NCBI GenBank assembly: GCA_017546805.1
Contig: JAFYRT010000067.1
Coordinates: forward strand, 2,457-66,456
Length of the DNA: 64,000 nt
DNA from: Muribaculaceae bacterium
Lineage (GTDB): Bacteria > Bacteroidota > Bacteroidia > Bacteroidales > G3-4614
Direction of reading: 5' to 3'
Position numbers and translations under genes: made by a program
Notes under the pieces: model-generated
What the model saw: the letters and a program-made list of their open reading frames with translations, nothing else
The model's database searches: none
Told to the model about the DNA's origin: nothing
Shown: piece by piece, positions 19,395 through 28,669 of the stretch
Numbering within the stretch: position 1 is the first letter of the stretch
How the letters are laid out: every line of letters starts with the position of its first letter

Positions 19395-20611
19395 TAATCC
19401 AAGTTATACTCTTTAATTTTTCTGTATAGTGTTCTCTCCGAAATTTTCAACTCTTCAGCGCATTTTTTTCGTTTGCCGTTGTTTCGCTCAAGAGACTTTT
19501 TTATCATCTCCTTTTCTGCATCCTCGAGAGATATGGCACTATCTTCGATATTCTCAATATTGATAGTCTCTATATTATCGTATCTGCTGTGTTCTTTAGT
19601 CTCTATATATGGAGTATGTATGATATCTTCGGCAATATTCTCTTCATAATTATTTTGTTGTAATCCATGAAGAATATTTCTGTCTGTCAATTCAAGTTTC
19701 GATTTTATCTCATTTATCTCCTTGCGCATATCAAGGATGATTTTATAGAGGATCTCTCGCTCTCCATTGATAAAAGAGTTGCTTTCAGTTTTGTTTATGG
19801 CAGGCAGATTTGGTCCGTCATAAACAGGAAGGTATGATTCCAATACTTCAGCGCTAATCTCTCTCGATGTCTCCAATATCGATATTTGTTCCGTAATATT
19901 CCTTAGCTGTCTTATATTTCCAGGCCAACGATAAGAAAGCAGTAGTTTCTTGGCTTCCGGTGAAAGAGTTATGGCCGGCATCTTGTACTCCTCTGCAAAG
20001 TCAGAGCTAAACTTTCTGAATAATAGGAATATGTCATCAAGTCTGTTTCTGAGAGGGGGAAGTTCAATGTGGATAGTATTCAATCTGTAAAATAAATCCT
20101 CTCTGAATTTGCCCTCCTGAATAGCTTTGGTCATATCCATATTGGTTGCCGCAACAATTCTTACATCTGTTTTTTGAACGGTAGAAGAACCAACCTTTAA
20201 AAATTCTCCGTTTTCAAGAACCCTTAAAAGTCTGGCTTGAGTTGTCAGGGGAAGTTCTCCAACCTCATCAAGGAAAATGGTTCCACCATTTCCCTCCTCA
20301 AAATAACCCTTTCTATCTGTTAATGCACCAGTAAAAGCTCCCTTCTCATGTCCGAATAGTTCAGAGTCGATAGTTCCTTCAGGTATGGCTCCGCAGTTTA
20401 CAGCAATATACTTTTTGTGTTTTCTTGCGCTATATTCGTGGATGATTTTAGGAAAAAACTCTTTACCGGTACCGCTTTCTCCAGTAATTAATACCGATAT
20501 ATCGAATCTTGCAACCTGTATTGCGCGGCTGATAGCTCTGATTAAAGAGGGAGTATTTCCAATAATATTAAACCTCTGTTTTATGTTGTTAATATCGGGA
20601 TTGTTAATCAT
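19394..20611 (-). CDS. Sigma-54-dependent transcriptional activator (bacterial enhancer-binding protein) with no N-terminal sensory or receiver domain
   Basis: 405 aa. It has Walker A GESGTGKE, the sigma-54 contact loop GAFTGA, DEVGEL, and a C-terminal Fis-type HTH (CAEELKISERTLYRKIKEY). The AAA+ domain starts about 15 aa from the N-terminus. Confidence 0.9.
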   Translation of the reverse strand: MINNPDINNIKQRFNIIGNTPSLIRAISRAIQVARFDISVLITGESGTGKEFFPKIIHEYSARKHKKYIAVNCGAIPEGTIDSELFGHEKGAFTGALTDRKGYFEEGNGGTIFLDEVGELPLTTQARLLRVLENGEFLKVGSSTVQKTDVRIVAATNMDMTKAIQEGKFREDLFYRLNTIHIELPPLRNRLDDIFLLFRKFSSDFAEEYKMPAITLSPEAKKLLLSYRWPGNIRQLRNITEQISILETSREISAEVLESYLPVYDGPNLPAINKTESNSFINGEREILYKIILDMRKEINEIKSKLELTDRNILHGLQQNNYEENIAEDIIHTPYIETKEHSRYDNIETINIENIEDSAISLEDAEKEMIKKSLERNNGKRKKCAEELKISERTLYRKIKEYNLD

Positions 20612-20641
20612 ATAAAATGTCTACATATATCTATCAAATTA

Positions 20642-20649
20642 CAAAATTA
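20642..20649 (-). promoter_or_regulatory. -7 box TAATTTTG (minus strand) for the activator-lptE-secG operon
   Basis: Plus-strand caaaatta. It lies 31 nt upstream of the ATG at 20611. Confidence 0.4.
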
Positions 20650-20790
20650 GTAATAAATAATCAATGCTAAAAATAAAAACTATTAAAAAGTACAATCTTG
20701 TTGTTTTATAGTTGTTTCCTATCTCCAAATACAAAGGAAATAGGCTCGTAAATATTTGTTAAAATATTTCTATAATAATAAAAAAAATAG

Positions 20791-20798
20791 TATCTTTG
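20791..20798 (+). promoter_or_regulatory. -7 box TATCTTTG for the DUF3575-like operon
   Basis: Exact TAnnTTTG match, 67 nt upstream of the ATG at 20865. Confidence 0.45.
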
Positions 20799-20864
20799 CG
20801 AGCGAAATTTTGTTTACTTTTAGTAATAAGAGTAAGTGTTTGTAAATTAAGATAATATAAAAAT

Positions 20865-21452
20865 ATGAAAATATATTCGAAAGAGTTTTTTTCTTCATTG
20901 GTAGCTCTTGCAAAGGGTAAGAGAGGGGTGCTTTTTATTGTGCTTCTCTTTTTGATGCCATTGTCGGTGCACTCTCAAAAAATAGCAGTAAAAACAAATC
21001 TATTGGAGTGGGCAACAATATCTCCTAATATCTCTGCCGAGTTTGTTGTATCTCCAACAATGTCGTTAGATTTATCTGCATCATTCAATAAGTGGGTGCC
21101 TTTTGCCAATGCAAAATATGACCATCTTAAAATTCAACCTGAGTTGAGATATTGGTTTCAAAGACCTATGGCTCAGCATTTTTTAGGATTCTCGCTTTTG
21201 TATTTCAACTATGATATGATGGCAAAAGGAGTGTGTCATGAAGGACAAGCCATAGGAGGAGGTTTTTCATACGGATATGATTTTGTATTAAGCAAAAGGT
21301 GGAATTTGGAGTTGACAGCAGGAGTAGGAGCTGTTTATCGTTTCGAAAAAAAATATGATGAGGGAACAAAACCTCCATATAAAAACAATGGAAATACTTG
21401 GGGTATAGCGCCAATTAATTTAGGAGTAACACTCTCTTATGTTATATTCTAA
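20865..21452 (+). CDS. Small outer-membrane beta-barrel protein, DUF3575-like
   Basis: 195 aa with a signal peptide. The sequences KIAVKTNLLEWATISPNISAEFVVSPTMSLDLSASFNKW...LKIQPELRYWF and the C-terminal LGVTLSYVIF match my memory of DUF3575. Confidence 0.65.
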   Translation: MKIYSKEFFSSLVALAKGKRGVLFIVLLFLMPLSVHSQKIAVKTNLLEWATISPNISAEFVVSPTMSLDLSASFNKWVPFANAKYDHLKIQPELRYWFQRPMAQHFLGFSLLYFNYDMMAKGVCHEGQAIGGGFSYGYDFVLSKRWNLELTAGVGAVYRFEKKYDEGTKPPYKNNGNTWGIAPINLGVTLSYVIF

Positions 21453-21467
21453 CAAAAACAAAAACAG

Positions 21468-23468
21468 ATGAATAAAATAACAAAAATATTTCTCTTGATA
21501 GCAACATTGATTGTGATGTTGCCAATTGAACTTTATGCGCAGAATATACGTGTGACAGGAGTTGTTCGTGGAAACAATGGAGAACGAATACCCGGAGTTT
21601 CTATAACAGATTTAGGACGTCAAAGAGTATTGGGAATAACCGATGAAGACGGAAAATATTCTGTCGTTTTAGCTCCTAATGCAACAATCTCGTACACCTG
21701 TATGGGTTACAATGAGAAGAAGGAGAAGGTAAAAGGTAGAGTTTCAATTGATGTTGAGATGGAATCAACAGCAAAAGAGATAGACGAGATTACAGTAACA
21801 GCAAGTTTGATTGGAAATGTTGTGTTTGAGCCATCTGAAATTGAGATTGTAGGAAACTATTTTCACCTGCGCACAAGATTTAAAGTGCCCAAAGAGCTAA
21901 TGGCATTAGACCACAGATTGGTCGTACAACCAACAATATACAATGTAACACGTCGTAAAACAATGTTCCTACGTCCTGTCGTATCTGATGGAGCAGAGTA
22001 TCTTCGTACTCAAGAGAGAATGTATGGCTTTGATATAACAAAAGACCCATTGTCTCCATATATTCAAAAGAGCCAAATGTCTCGTCAAGGCGAGATAATT
22101 GCATACCACGACTCTGTATATATTGAGAACAACCGTGATGACTATCGTTCAGATGTTTTTTTGTCGGTAGAAGATTATCACAAAATAATTAAGGTAGACA
22201 CAATGGTTATTGCAAAAGGAACAGTAAACCCATTGAGATTCTTTGATTATCAAATCGATCCAAGAGATTTGACAGATTCAATATATATACCAAAACCTGA
22301 GTTGGCATTGCGTAACGACAAAGGAGAGGTGCATCTGACTTATCTTCCTGGTAAAGCGACAATCGATGAGAAAGATTCTCACAACCTATCGGAATTGAGA
22401 AAGTTGGAAGAGAGAATAGCATTCCTTGAACAAGACCCTGATGCAAAATTGCAGTCAATGTCAATTTTCGGAGTCTCTTCGCCAGAAGGAAATTACAGAA
22501 AGAACGTGGAGTTGGCTGATGCTCGAATGAGAGCGGCAAGAGATAAAATATTGTCATATATAAGCCCTGCAACAAAAGAGTTCTTGAAAGTTGAATCTCA
22601 ATCAAAGGTAGAAAATTGGTTGCCCGTAGTAGAGATGATGAAACAAGACTCTTTACACAAAAAAGCAGCAGAACTACAAGAGATAATAGATAAGTATCCA
22701 AACAGTTTGAATTCACAATTCGATAAAATCAGGAAACTCTCATATTATCGCTCTGTCATCGTTCCTTATCTTTCTAAATTAAGAAGGGTGGAGTATGATT
22801 TCGGATATTCAATGTATCGTATATTGAAAGACGAAGAGATATTGGAGTTGTATGAACAAAATTACACACAACTATCTCGTTACGACTTTTATAGAATGTT
22901 CCAAATGGCAAAAGATGATGCTGAGAGAGAAAAACTATATTCACAAGCATTGTCGGTATATCCTAAATTTATGCTGGCTGCAAACAATTTGGCAACCATA
23001 TACATCCGTCAAGGTCGTTCAGATATTGAATTGTTGAAGCCATTTGTAAAAGAGGGGGCGCCTGAAGAGGTGTTGACCAATCAAGTTATAGCGGCTTTGG
23101 ATAAGTGGCAATATCAAACTGCGGACTCTGTGGCGTCATTGATGCCTTCATCTGCCACAACAGAGTACATCAGATCAATAACTCGTATATTAAACGGTAA
23201 TTATACCGAGGCTCTATCGCAATTTGCAGAGGAGGGAGGAATTAATGAGGTATTGATATTGCTTGCGATGAAACGTAACGAAGAGGCATGGGAGAAAGCT
23301 CAAGACCTACCCGATGATTCGGCAAGAGTATTGTATGTTAAAGCAATAATAACAAACCGATTGGATATGGTTGTTGAGGCCATTGATTATATAGAAACAG
23401 CATTAGAGATGGATCCCTCATTGCGAGAGATAGCAGAGATTGATGCCGATGTAAAAGATTTGTTGTAG
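21468..23468 (+). CDS. Secreted multidomain protein of unknown function. Domains in order: CarboxypepD_reg-like, DUF3868-like, OmpA-like remnant, C-terminal TPR.
   Basis: 666 aa with a signal peptide. The CarboxypepD_reg-like part is IRVTGVVRGNNGERIPGVSITD...DGKYSV. The DUF3868-like part is NYFHLRTRFKVPKELMALDHRLVVQPTIYN...FLRPVV. The OmpA-type motif is IFGVSSPEGNYRKNVELADARMRAARDKILSYI. The C-terminal third contains TPR-like helices. Confidence 0.55.
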   Translation: MNKITKIFLLIATLIVMLPIELYAQNIRVTGVVRGNNGERIPGVSITDLGRQRVLGITDEDGKYSVVLAPNATISYTCMGYNEKKEKVKGRVSIDVEMESTAKEIDEITVTASLIGNVVFEPSEIEIVGNYFHLRTRFKVPKELMALDHRLVVQPTIYNVTRRKTMFLRPVVSDGAEYLRTQERMYGFDITKDPLSPYIQKSQMSRQGEIIAYHDSVYIENNRDDYRSDVFLSVEDYHKIIKVDTMVIAKGTVNPLRFFDYQIDPRDLTDSIYIPKPELALRNDKGEVHLTYLPGKATIDEKDSHNLSELRKLEERIAFLEQDPDAKLQSMSIFGVSSPEGNYRKNVELADARMRAARDKILSYISPATKEFLKVESQSKVENWLPVVEMMKQDSLHKKAAELQEIIDKYPNSLNSQFDKIRKLSYYRSVIVPYLSKLRRVEYDFGYSMYRILKDEEILELYEQNYTQLSRYDFYRMFQMAKDDAEREKLYSQALSVYPKFMLAANNLATIYIRQGRSDIELLKPFVKEGAPEEVLTNQVIAALDKWQYQTADSVASLMPSSATTEYIRSITRILNGNYTEALSQFAEEGGINEVLILLAMKRNEEAWEKAQDLPDDSARVLYVKAIITNRLDMVVEAIDYIETALEMDPSLREIAEIDADVKDLL

Positions 23469-23469
23469 A

Positions 23470-26367
23470 ATGAGAAAGATATATACATATAAAAGAATAG
23501 CAAGTTTGCGTTATGTGCTAATATTGGTGGTGGCGATGATTATCTCCACTTCCGAGTCGTTTGCACAGATGAACGCCTTGGATTATCGTTTGCAAAAACG
23601 ACCAAAGTCAGAAAAATTTGACAACCCCAAATTCATGGACAACACATTCCTAAGTGTTGCAACAGGTCCTCAATTTAACTTTTTGGCAGAGAAGGAGGGG
23701 TTTGAGGTAGGACCTACAATTCGTTATTATTTCGGAAAATGGTTTACACCTGTGATAGGAGCCAGATTCGGATTAGACATGTCGTTCTTATATGACAGAG
23801 GTTGGGAAACATTCGGCCTCTTCGGATTTAACTTGGATTATATGGCAAATATCACGGCTTTTGCACGAGGATATAACCCTGATCGTCTATTTGAGCTATA
23901 CGGAATTGCCGGAGTAACATACAAGCGCTCTTTCCAATACGGAAATGGTAAACATGTGTATGGCGGAGTGGCAGGATTCCAAGGTTCCTTTACAATATCG
24001 CCATTGGTGGATCTTTACATTGAACCCAAAGTCTCATTGGTGAATGATTCATACAATGATTCAAGAAAGGAGCAAAGACGTAAATTCGATTTAATCCCGG
24101 AGGTGACAATAGGAGCAACCTATAAGATGGTACCTGACGCGAAACGCAAAACAACTGAATTCACCAATACATCATTCAAGGATAATCTATTCTTTACTAC
24201 CGCATTTGGAGTACAACGAGTTACATCTCGTTTAATGGATTTAAAAGATAATAACTACGCTGGATTCAGCGGAATGTTAGGATTTGGAGGTTGGTTTAAT
24301 GGGGTTCATGGTATAAGATTGTCTGCCTTGGCAGGATTTGCTCCTTACATATCATCAGAATCGGGAGTATCGTCATCATCAACATTGATAAATGGAGTAG
24401 GGCGAGCAGATTATCTTGTAAATTACAGTAACCTTTTTGGTGGATACAACGAAAGAAGACTATTCAAACTTATAGGAATATTCGGACTTGAGTTGGCAGG
24501 AACAAAATACGAAGATACAAGTTGGAATTTGGCAGGAGGAATAGGATTAGGATTGCAAGGTGCGTTCCGTGTAAGCCCTACGGTTGATTTATTCATGGAG
24601 CCTCGAATGTCATTCTATAACAAAACATATACTCATGGAATAAATAACAGATTCGATAGTGTTGCTTCAATGTTATTTGGTGTAACATATCACAGTAGTG
24701 ACAATGAGTATAGAAAGGATAATGATGTGTTTGCTCACAAATCTAAAACAGACCACATGTTTGTTACTGCATCGGCAGGTATGGGAGCAACATATTCAAG
24801 GTATGATCAAAATCTTTCAGGGGGAGAATCATTGGCTTATCGATTTAATATCGGTATAGGAAAATGGTTTACAAAAAATTCAGGATTACAAATAACAGGA
24901 GGAGCCCTATTATTTGGAACTCGAAACCCAAATACAGATGCTAATGAGCCATATAGAGCAAGAACATTAACACTGGGTGCGGACTACTTGTTGAATATGA
25001 CAAATGTAGTTGCAGGGTACAGAGAGGACAGATTGTTTGAGGTGATTGCAGGAGCAGGAGCATCAGCTATATATCACCATTCAACATTCTATCCTGCATT
25101 ACAAACATTCCTAAGAGGAAACTTCAATTTGAAAAATAATTGGAGTGTATATGTTGAGCCACATGCAATATGGTCACCAACAAGACGTGTCTTTACAAAT
25201 ACAATAAGTACACGCAAGGCTGTGGTTATGACTGCCAATGTCGGAACATCATACACAATGAGAGGATATGATGCCGCATCATATCAAGAGTTCTCGGCAA
25301 CAGAGGGAAAACGACTATTTTTCTCATTGGGAGCAGGAGTTTCAGGAAATCTTGATAACAGATTGTTCTCCGACACTAAATTCAGAGTTGGACCCATTGG
25401 CTGTTTATCTGTAGGTTCATGGGCATCTCCTGTATTGGGATGGCGAGTGAATGTTATGGCTGAGAAACTTAATGGAACAACAAACTACGAGGATATATCT
25501 CATGCAGGACTTGAGGCAGACGTATTATTCAACTTTATGAATGCCGCATTAGGATATAAACCGTACCGTCTGTTCGATTTAAATCTAACAGCAGGAGTGC
25601 ATGCCGGATTTGCCGTGGTTAACCATAGTATGCGTTTCATCCCCGGTGTAAAAGGAAGTTTGCAAGGAGTCTTTAACATAACACCAAAGGTGGGAGTATA
25701 TGTTGAACCTCAATTGGCTGTATATTTGAACAAATTCGATGGCGCAAACAAACAAAAAACAAATGTGGCTTTGTCGGCAGGATTGATATATACAATGAAC
25801 AAGGCTGAAAGAGGTAATTCCATAGCCTCATCTGATATGGAGAATAAAAACATAATATCTCTTTATGGAGGATTGGGACTATACGGAAATACATTAATGT
25901 CAAAATATGAAGGTAAATTCTCTGATAAGATGACATATTCCGGAGGTTTGGCATATGGACGTTGGATTACTCCTGTTCATGGATTAAGATTGAACGCAGA
26001 GTATAACCATATTCAAAAACCATATCAATATATAGGAAAGAAAATGGGAGTTGCCGCAGCAAGGGTTGATTATATGTTAAGCCTTACAAACCTAATTACA
26101 GGATACGAGCCACAATCAAGATTCGGAGCAGTTATCTTTGCAGGAGCAGGAGTTGCAATGCCTGTAGTAGGAGAGGATGTTAAGGAGATAAAACCAACAT
26201 ATACAGTTGCGTTCGGATTAAAAGCGAATGTTCGTATAACAGACAACATAGATTTCTATCTTGAGCCTCGTGGAGTATTCTATGGAGATAAGATAGATAA
26301 TTATAAATCAAATGCAGGATTCGATGCAACAGGTATGTTGTTGGCAGGATTTGATTTTAAATTTTAG
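23470..26367 (+). CDS. 965-aa outer-membrane protein built of five tandem OmpA-like/8-strand-type beta-barrel modules, function unknown
   Basis: It has a signal peptide (SESFAQ). Five modules of about 160-170 aa share the motifs G(K/G/S/R)W(F/I/A)xPxxGxR, (A/L)DY(L/M)xNx(T/S)N...GYxxxRLF, and VxP(T/L/K)VD(L/F)(Y/F)xEP. The C-terminus GFDFKF is a BAM-type beta-signal. It starts 1 nt after the stop of the upstream gene. Confidence 0.7.
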   Translation: MRKIYTYKRIASLRYVLILVVAMIISTSESFAQMNALDYRLQKRPKSEKFDNPKFMDNTFLSVATGPQFNFLAEKEGFEVGPTIRYYFGKWFTPVIGARFGLDMSFLYDRGWETFGLFGFNLDYMANITAFARGYNPDRLFELYGIAGVTYKRSFQYGNGKHVYGGVAGFQGSFTISPLVDLYIEPKVSLVNDSYNDSRKEQRRKFDLIPEVTIGATYKMVPDAKRKTTEFTNTSFKDNLFFTTAFGVQRVTSRLMDLKDNNYAGFSGMLGFGGWFNGVHGIRLSALAGFAPYISSESGVSSSSTLINGVGRADYLVNYSNLFGGYNERRLFKLIGIFGLELAGTKYEDTSWNLAGGIGLGLQGAFRVSPTVDLFMEPRMSFYNKTYTHGINNRFDSVASMLFGVTYHSSDNEYRKDNDVFAHKSKTDHMFVTASAGMGATYSRYDQNLSGGESLAYRFNIGIGKWFTKNSGLQITGGALLFGTRNPNTDANEPYRARTLTLGADYLLNMTNVVAGYREDRLFEVIAGAGASAIYHHSTFYPALQTFLRGNFNLKNNWSVYVEPHAIWSPTRRVFTNTISTRKAVVMTANVGTSYTMRGYDAASYQEFSATEGKRLFFSLGAGVSGNLDNRLFSDTKFRVGPIGCLSVGSWASPVLGWRVNVMAEKLNGTTNYEDISHAGLEADVLFNFMNAALGYKPYRLFDLNLTAGVHAGFAVVNHSMRFIPGVKGSLQGVFNITPKVGVYVEPQLAVYLNKFDGANKQKTNVALSAGLIYTMNKAERGNSIASSDMENKNIISLYGGLGLYGNTLMSKYEGKFSDKMTYSGGLAYGRWITPVHGLRLNAEYNHIQKPYQYIGKKMGVAAARVDYMLSLTNLITGYEPQSRFGAVIFAGAGVAMPVVGEDVKEIKPTYTVAFGLKANVRITDNIDFYLEPRGVFYGDKIDNYKSNAGFDATGMLLAGFDFKF
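23644..26364 (+). repeat. Five protein-level tandem repeats inside the 965-aa ORF
   Basis: Approximate module limits are aa 59-220, 239-408, 430-597, 616-776 and 795-965, which correspond to nt 23644-24129, 24184-24693, 24757-25260, 25315-25797 and 25852-26364. The modules were aligned by eye on three conserved blocks. Confidence 0.75.
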
Positions 26368-26390
26368 ATAAAAACAATAATCATTTAAAG

Positions 26391-26421
26391 GACCTCAGAG
26401 ATACTCTTTGAGGTCTTTTTT
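26391..26421 (+). terminator. Intrinsic terminator closing the three-gene operon
   Basis: gacctcagag-atact-ctttgaggtc forms a 10-bp stem with one G-U pair, followed by TTTTTT. Confidence 0.7.
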
Positions 26422-26519
26422 GTTATAAAACCATAAATATCTCTGTCTTTTACGTATAAGTCTCTGTAGTAACATGGTAAAAATAGGAATTAACTATGTG
26501 AATTTAAAAAAATAATTAT

Positions 26520-26527
26520 TAACTTCG
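26520..26527 (+). promoter_or_regulatory. -7-like box TAACTTCG upstream of rfbB
   Basis: A TAnnTTCG variant, 23 nt upstream of the ATG at 26550. Confidence 0.3.
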
Positions 26528-26549
26528 CAGTAATTATATTATATCCAAT

Positions 26550-27749
26550 ATGAAAAAATATCTTGTAACAGGAGCTGCCGGGTTTATAGGCGCAAATTTT
26601 GTCAAATATATGTTGTCAAAGTATGATGATATATTTATAGTAATACTCGATAAATTAACTTACGCCGGAAATTTAGGAACAATCAAGAACGAGATAGAAG
26701 ATAAACGAGTAGAATTCGTATTAGGAGATATATGTGACAAAGAAGCTGTATCAGAAATTTTTGCAAAATACGATATAGACTATGTTGTAAACTTTGCGGC
26801 AGAATCGCATGTCGATCGTAGCATCACCAATCCTCAACTATTTTTGGAGACCAATATTCTTGGAACGCAAAATATGTTGGAGTGTGCAAAACAATCTTGG
26901 ATGACAGGAAAAGATGCAAGTGGATATCCAACATATAAGCAAGGTAAAAAGTACCTTCAAGTTTCAACAGACGAGGTGTATGGTTCATTGACAAAAGATT
27001 ATGAAGAGCCTGTAGAATTGGAAATTGCCGATGAAGAAGTAAAAGTGGTTGTAAAAGGCAGAGATAATCTGAAAACATACGGCGACAGCTATTTTACAGA
27101 AGATACTCCATTAGACCCTCGTTCTCCATATTCAGCCTCAAAGACAGGAGCAGACTTGATAGTAAGGGCATATAGCGAAACTTATAAAATGCCAATAAAT
27201 ATTACTCGTTGCTCAAATAATTATGGACCATATCACTTCCCGGAAAAGCTTATACCATTAATCATTAAGAATATACTTGAAGGTAAAAAACTGCCTGTGT
27301 ATGGTAAGGGAGAAAATGTTCGTGATTGGCTATATGTAGAGGATCATGCCAAAGCCATAGATATGGTGTTGAATAAAGGACGTGAGGGAGAAGTATATAA
27401 CATTGGCGGATTTAACGAAGAGACAAATATAAATATCGTAAAATTGATAATAGATACCATCACGCGTATAATGAATGAAGAACCATCGTATCGCTCGGTA
27501 TTAAAAGTGCCTGTGGAGATGATAAATTACGATTTGATAACATACGTTGGAGACCGATTGGGACACGATATGCGTTACGCAATTGATCCATCAAAAACAG
27601 CAAAAGAGTTGGGATGGTATCCCGAGACACCGTTTACCGAGGGTATTGAAAAAACAATCCGTTGGAATTTGGAGAATCAACAATGGGTAGAAGAGGTTGC
27701 GAGCGGTGATTATCAAAAATATTACGAATCGATGTATAAAAACCGATAG
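26550..27749 (+). CDS. rfbB: dTDP-glucose 4,6-dehydratase
   Basis: 399 aa. It has the Rossmann motif [12 protein letters not shown], the SDR triad region STDEVYG and [10 protein letters not shown], and a long insertion (about aa 135-185) relative to enteric RmlB. Confidence 0.92.
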   Translation: MKKYLVTGAAGFIGANFVKYMLSKYDDIFIVILDKLTYAGNLGTIKNEIEDKRVEFVLGDICDKEAVSEIFAKYDIDYVVNFAAESHVDRSITNPQLFLETNILGTQNMLECAKQSWMTGKDASGYPTYKQGKKYLQVSTDEVYGSLTKDYEEPVELEIADEEVKVVVKGRDNLKTYGDSYFTEDTPLDPRSPYSASKTGADLIVRAYSETYKMPINITRCSNNYGPYHFPEKLIPLIIKNILEGKKLPVYGKGENVRDWLYVEDHAKAIDMVLNKGREGEVYNIGGFNEETNINIVKLIIDTITRIMNEEPSYRSVLKVPVEMINYDLITYVGDRLGHDMRYAIDPSKTAKELGWYPETPFTEGIEKTIRWNLENQQWVEEVASGDYQKYYESMYKNR

Positions 27750-27772
27750 TATTACTATCAAAGGAATATAAA

Positions 27773-28660
27773 ATGATGAAAGGAATTGTATTGGCAGGAG
27801 GGTCGGGAACACGACTATATCCAATAACAAAAGGAGTGTCAAAGCAGATGCTCCCAATATACGATAAACCGATGATATACTATCCTATATCGGTATTGAT
27901 GTTGGCAGGAATTCGTGAAATATTGATTATATCAACTCCCTCTGACCTGCCAGGCTTTAAACGTCTATTAGGCGATGGCTCGCAAATAGGTGTAAAATTC
28001 AGTTATGCAGAGCAACCATCTCCCGATGGATTGGCACAAGCCTTTATCATAGGAGAGGAGTTTATAGGTGACGATGCCGCATGTATGGTATTGGGCGACA
28101 ATATCTTCTATGGACAAGGTTTTTCAGCAATGTTGAAAAATGCAGTGGCAAAGGCAGAAAATGGAGAAGCAACAATATTCGGATATTGGGTAAATGATCC
28201 AGAGCGTTATGGAGTTGCAACATTTGATGAAGAATTTAATGTAACCTCAATAATTGAGAAACCCGAAAATCCCAAATCAAATTATGCAGTAGTTGGTCTA
28301 TATTTCTATCCCAACAGAGTGGTTGATATAGCCAAAAGCATAAAACCTTCAGCACGAGGAGAGTTGGAGATAACAACAGTAAATAATGTATTCAAGGAGG
28401 AGCAAGGATTAAAAATATCACTATTGGGTCGTGGTTTTGCATGGTTGGATACAGGAACACATGAATCTTTGTTTGATGCATCAAACTTCATAGGAACAAT
28501 AGAAAAACGACAGGGACTCAAGGTGGCATGTCTTGAGGAGATAGCATTCCGTAACAGATGGATAACAGCAAAAGACCTATTGGCGATAGCTGAACCTATG
28601 AAGAAAAATCAGTATGGTCAATATTTGATAAATTTAGTAGAGGAGTACTCCAATAGATAG
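27773..28660 (+). CDS. rfbA: Glucose-1-phosphate thymidylyltransferase
   Basis: 295 aa. It reads [37 protein letters not shown]... The start could be the second Met at 27776. Confidence 0.95.
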   Translation: MMKGIVLAGGSGTRLYPITKGVSKQMLPIYDKPMIYYPISVLMLAGIREILIISTPSDLPGFKRLLGDGSQIGVKFSYAEQPSPDGLAQAFIIGEEFIGDDAACMVLGDNIFYGQGFSAMLKNAVAKAENGEATIFGYWVNDPERYGVATFDEEFNVTSIIEKPENPKSNYAVVGLYFYPNRVVDIAKSIKPSARGELEITTVNNVFKEEQGLKISLLGRGFAWLDTGTHESLFDASNFIGTIEKRQGLKVACLEEIAFRNRWITAKDLLAIAEPMKKNQYGQYLINLVEEYSNR

Positions 28661-28669
28661 GATAAAGTT

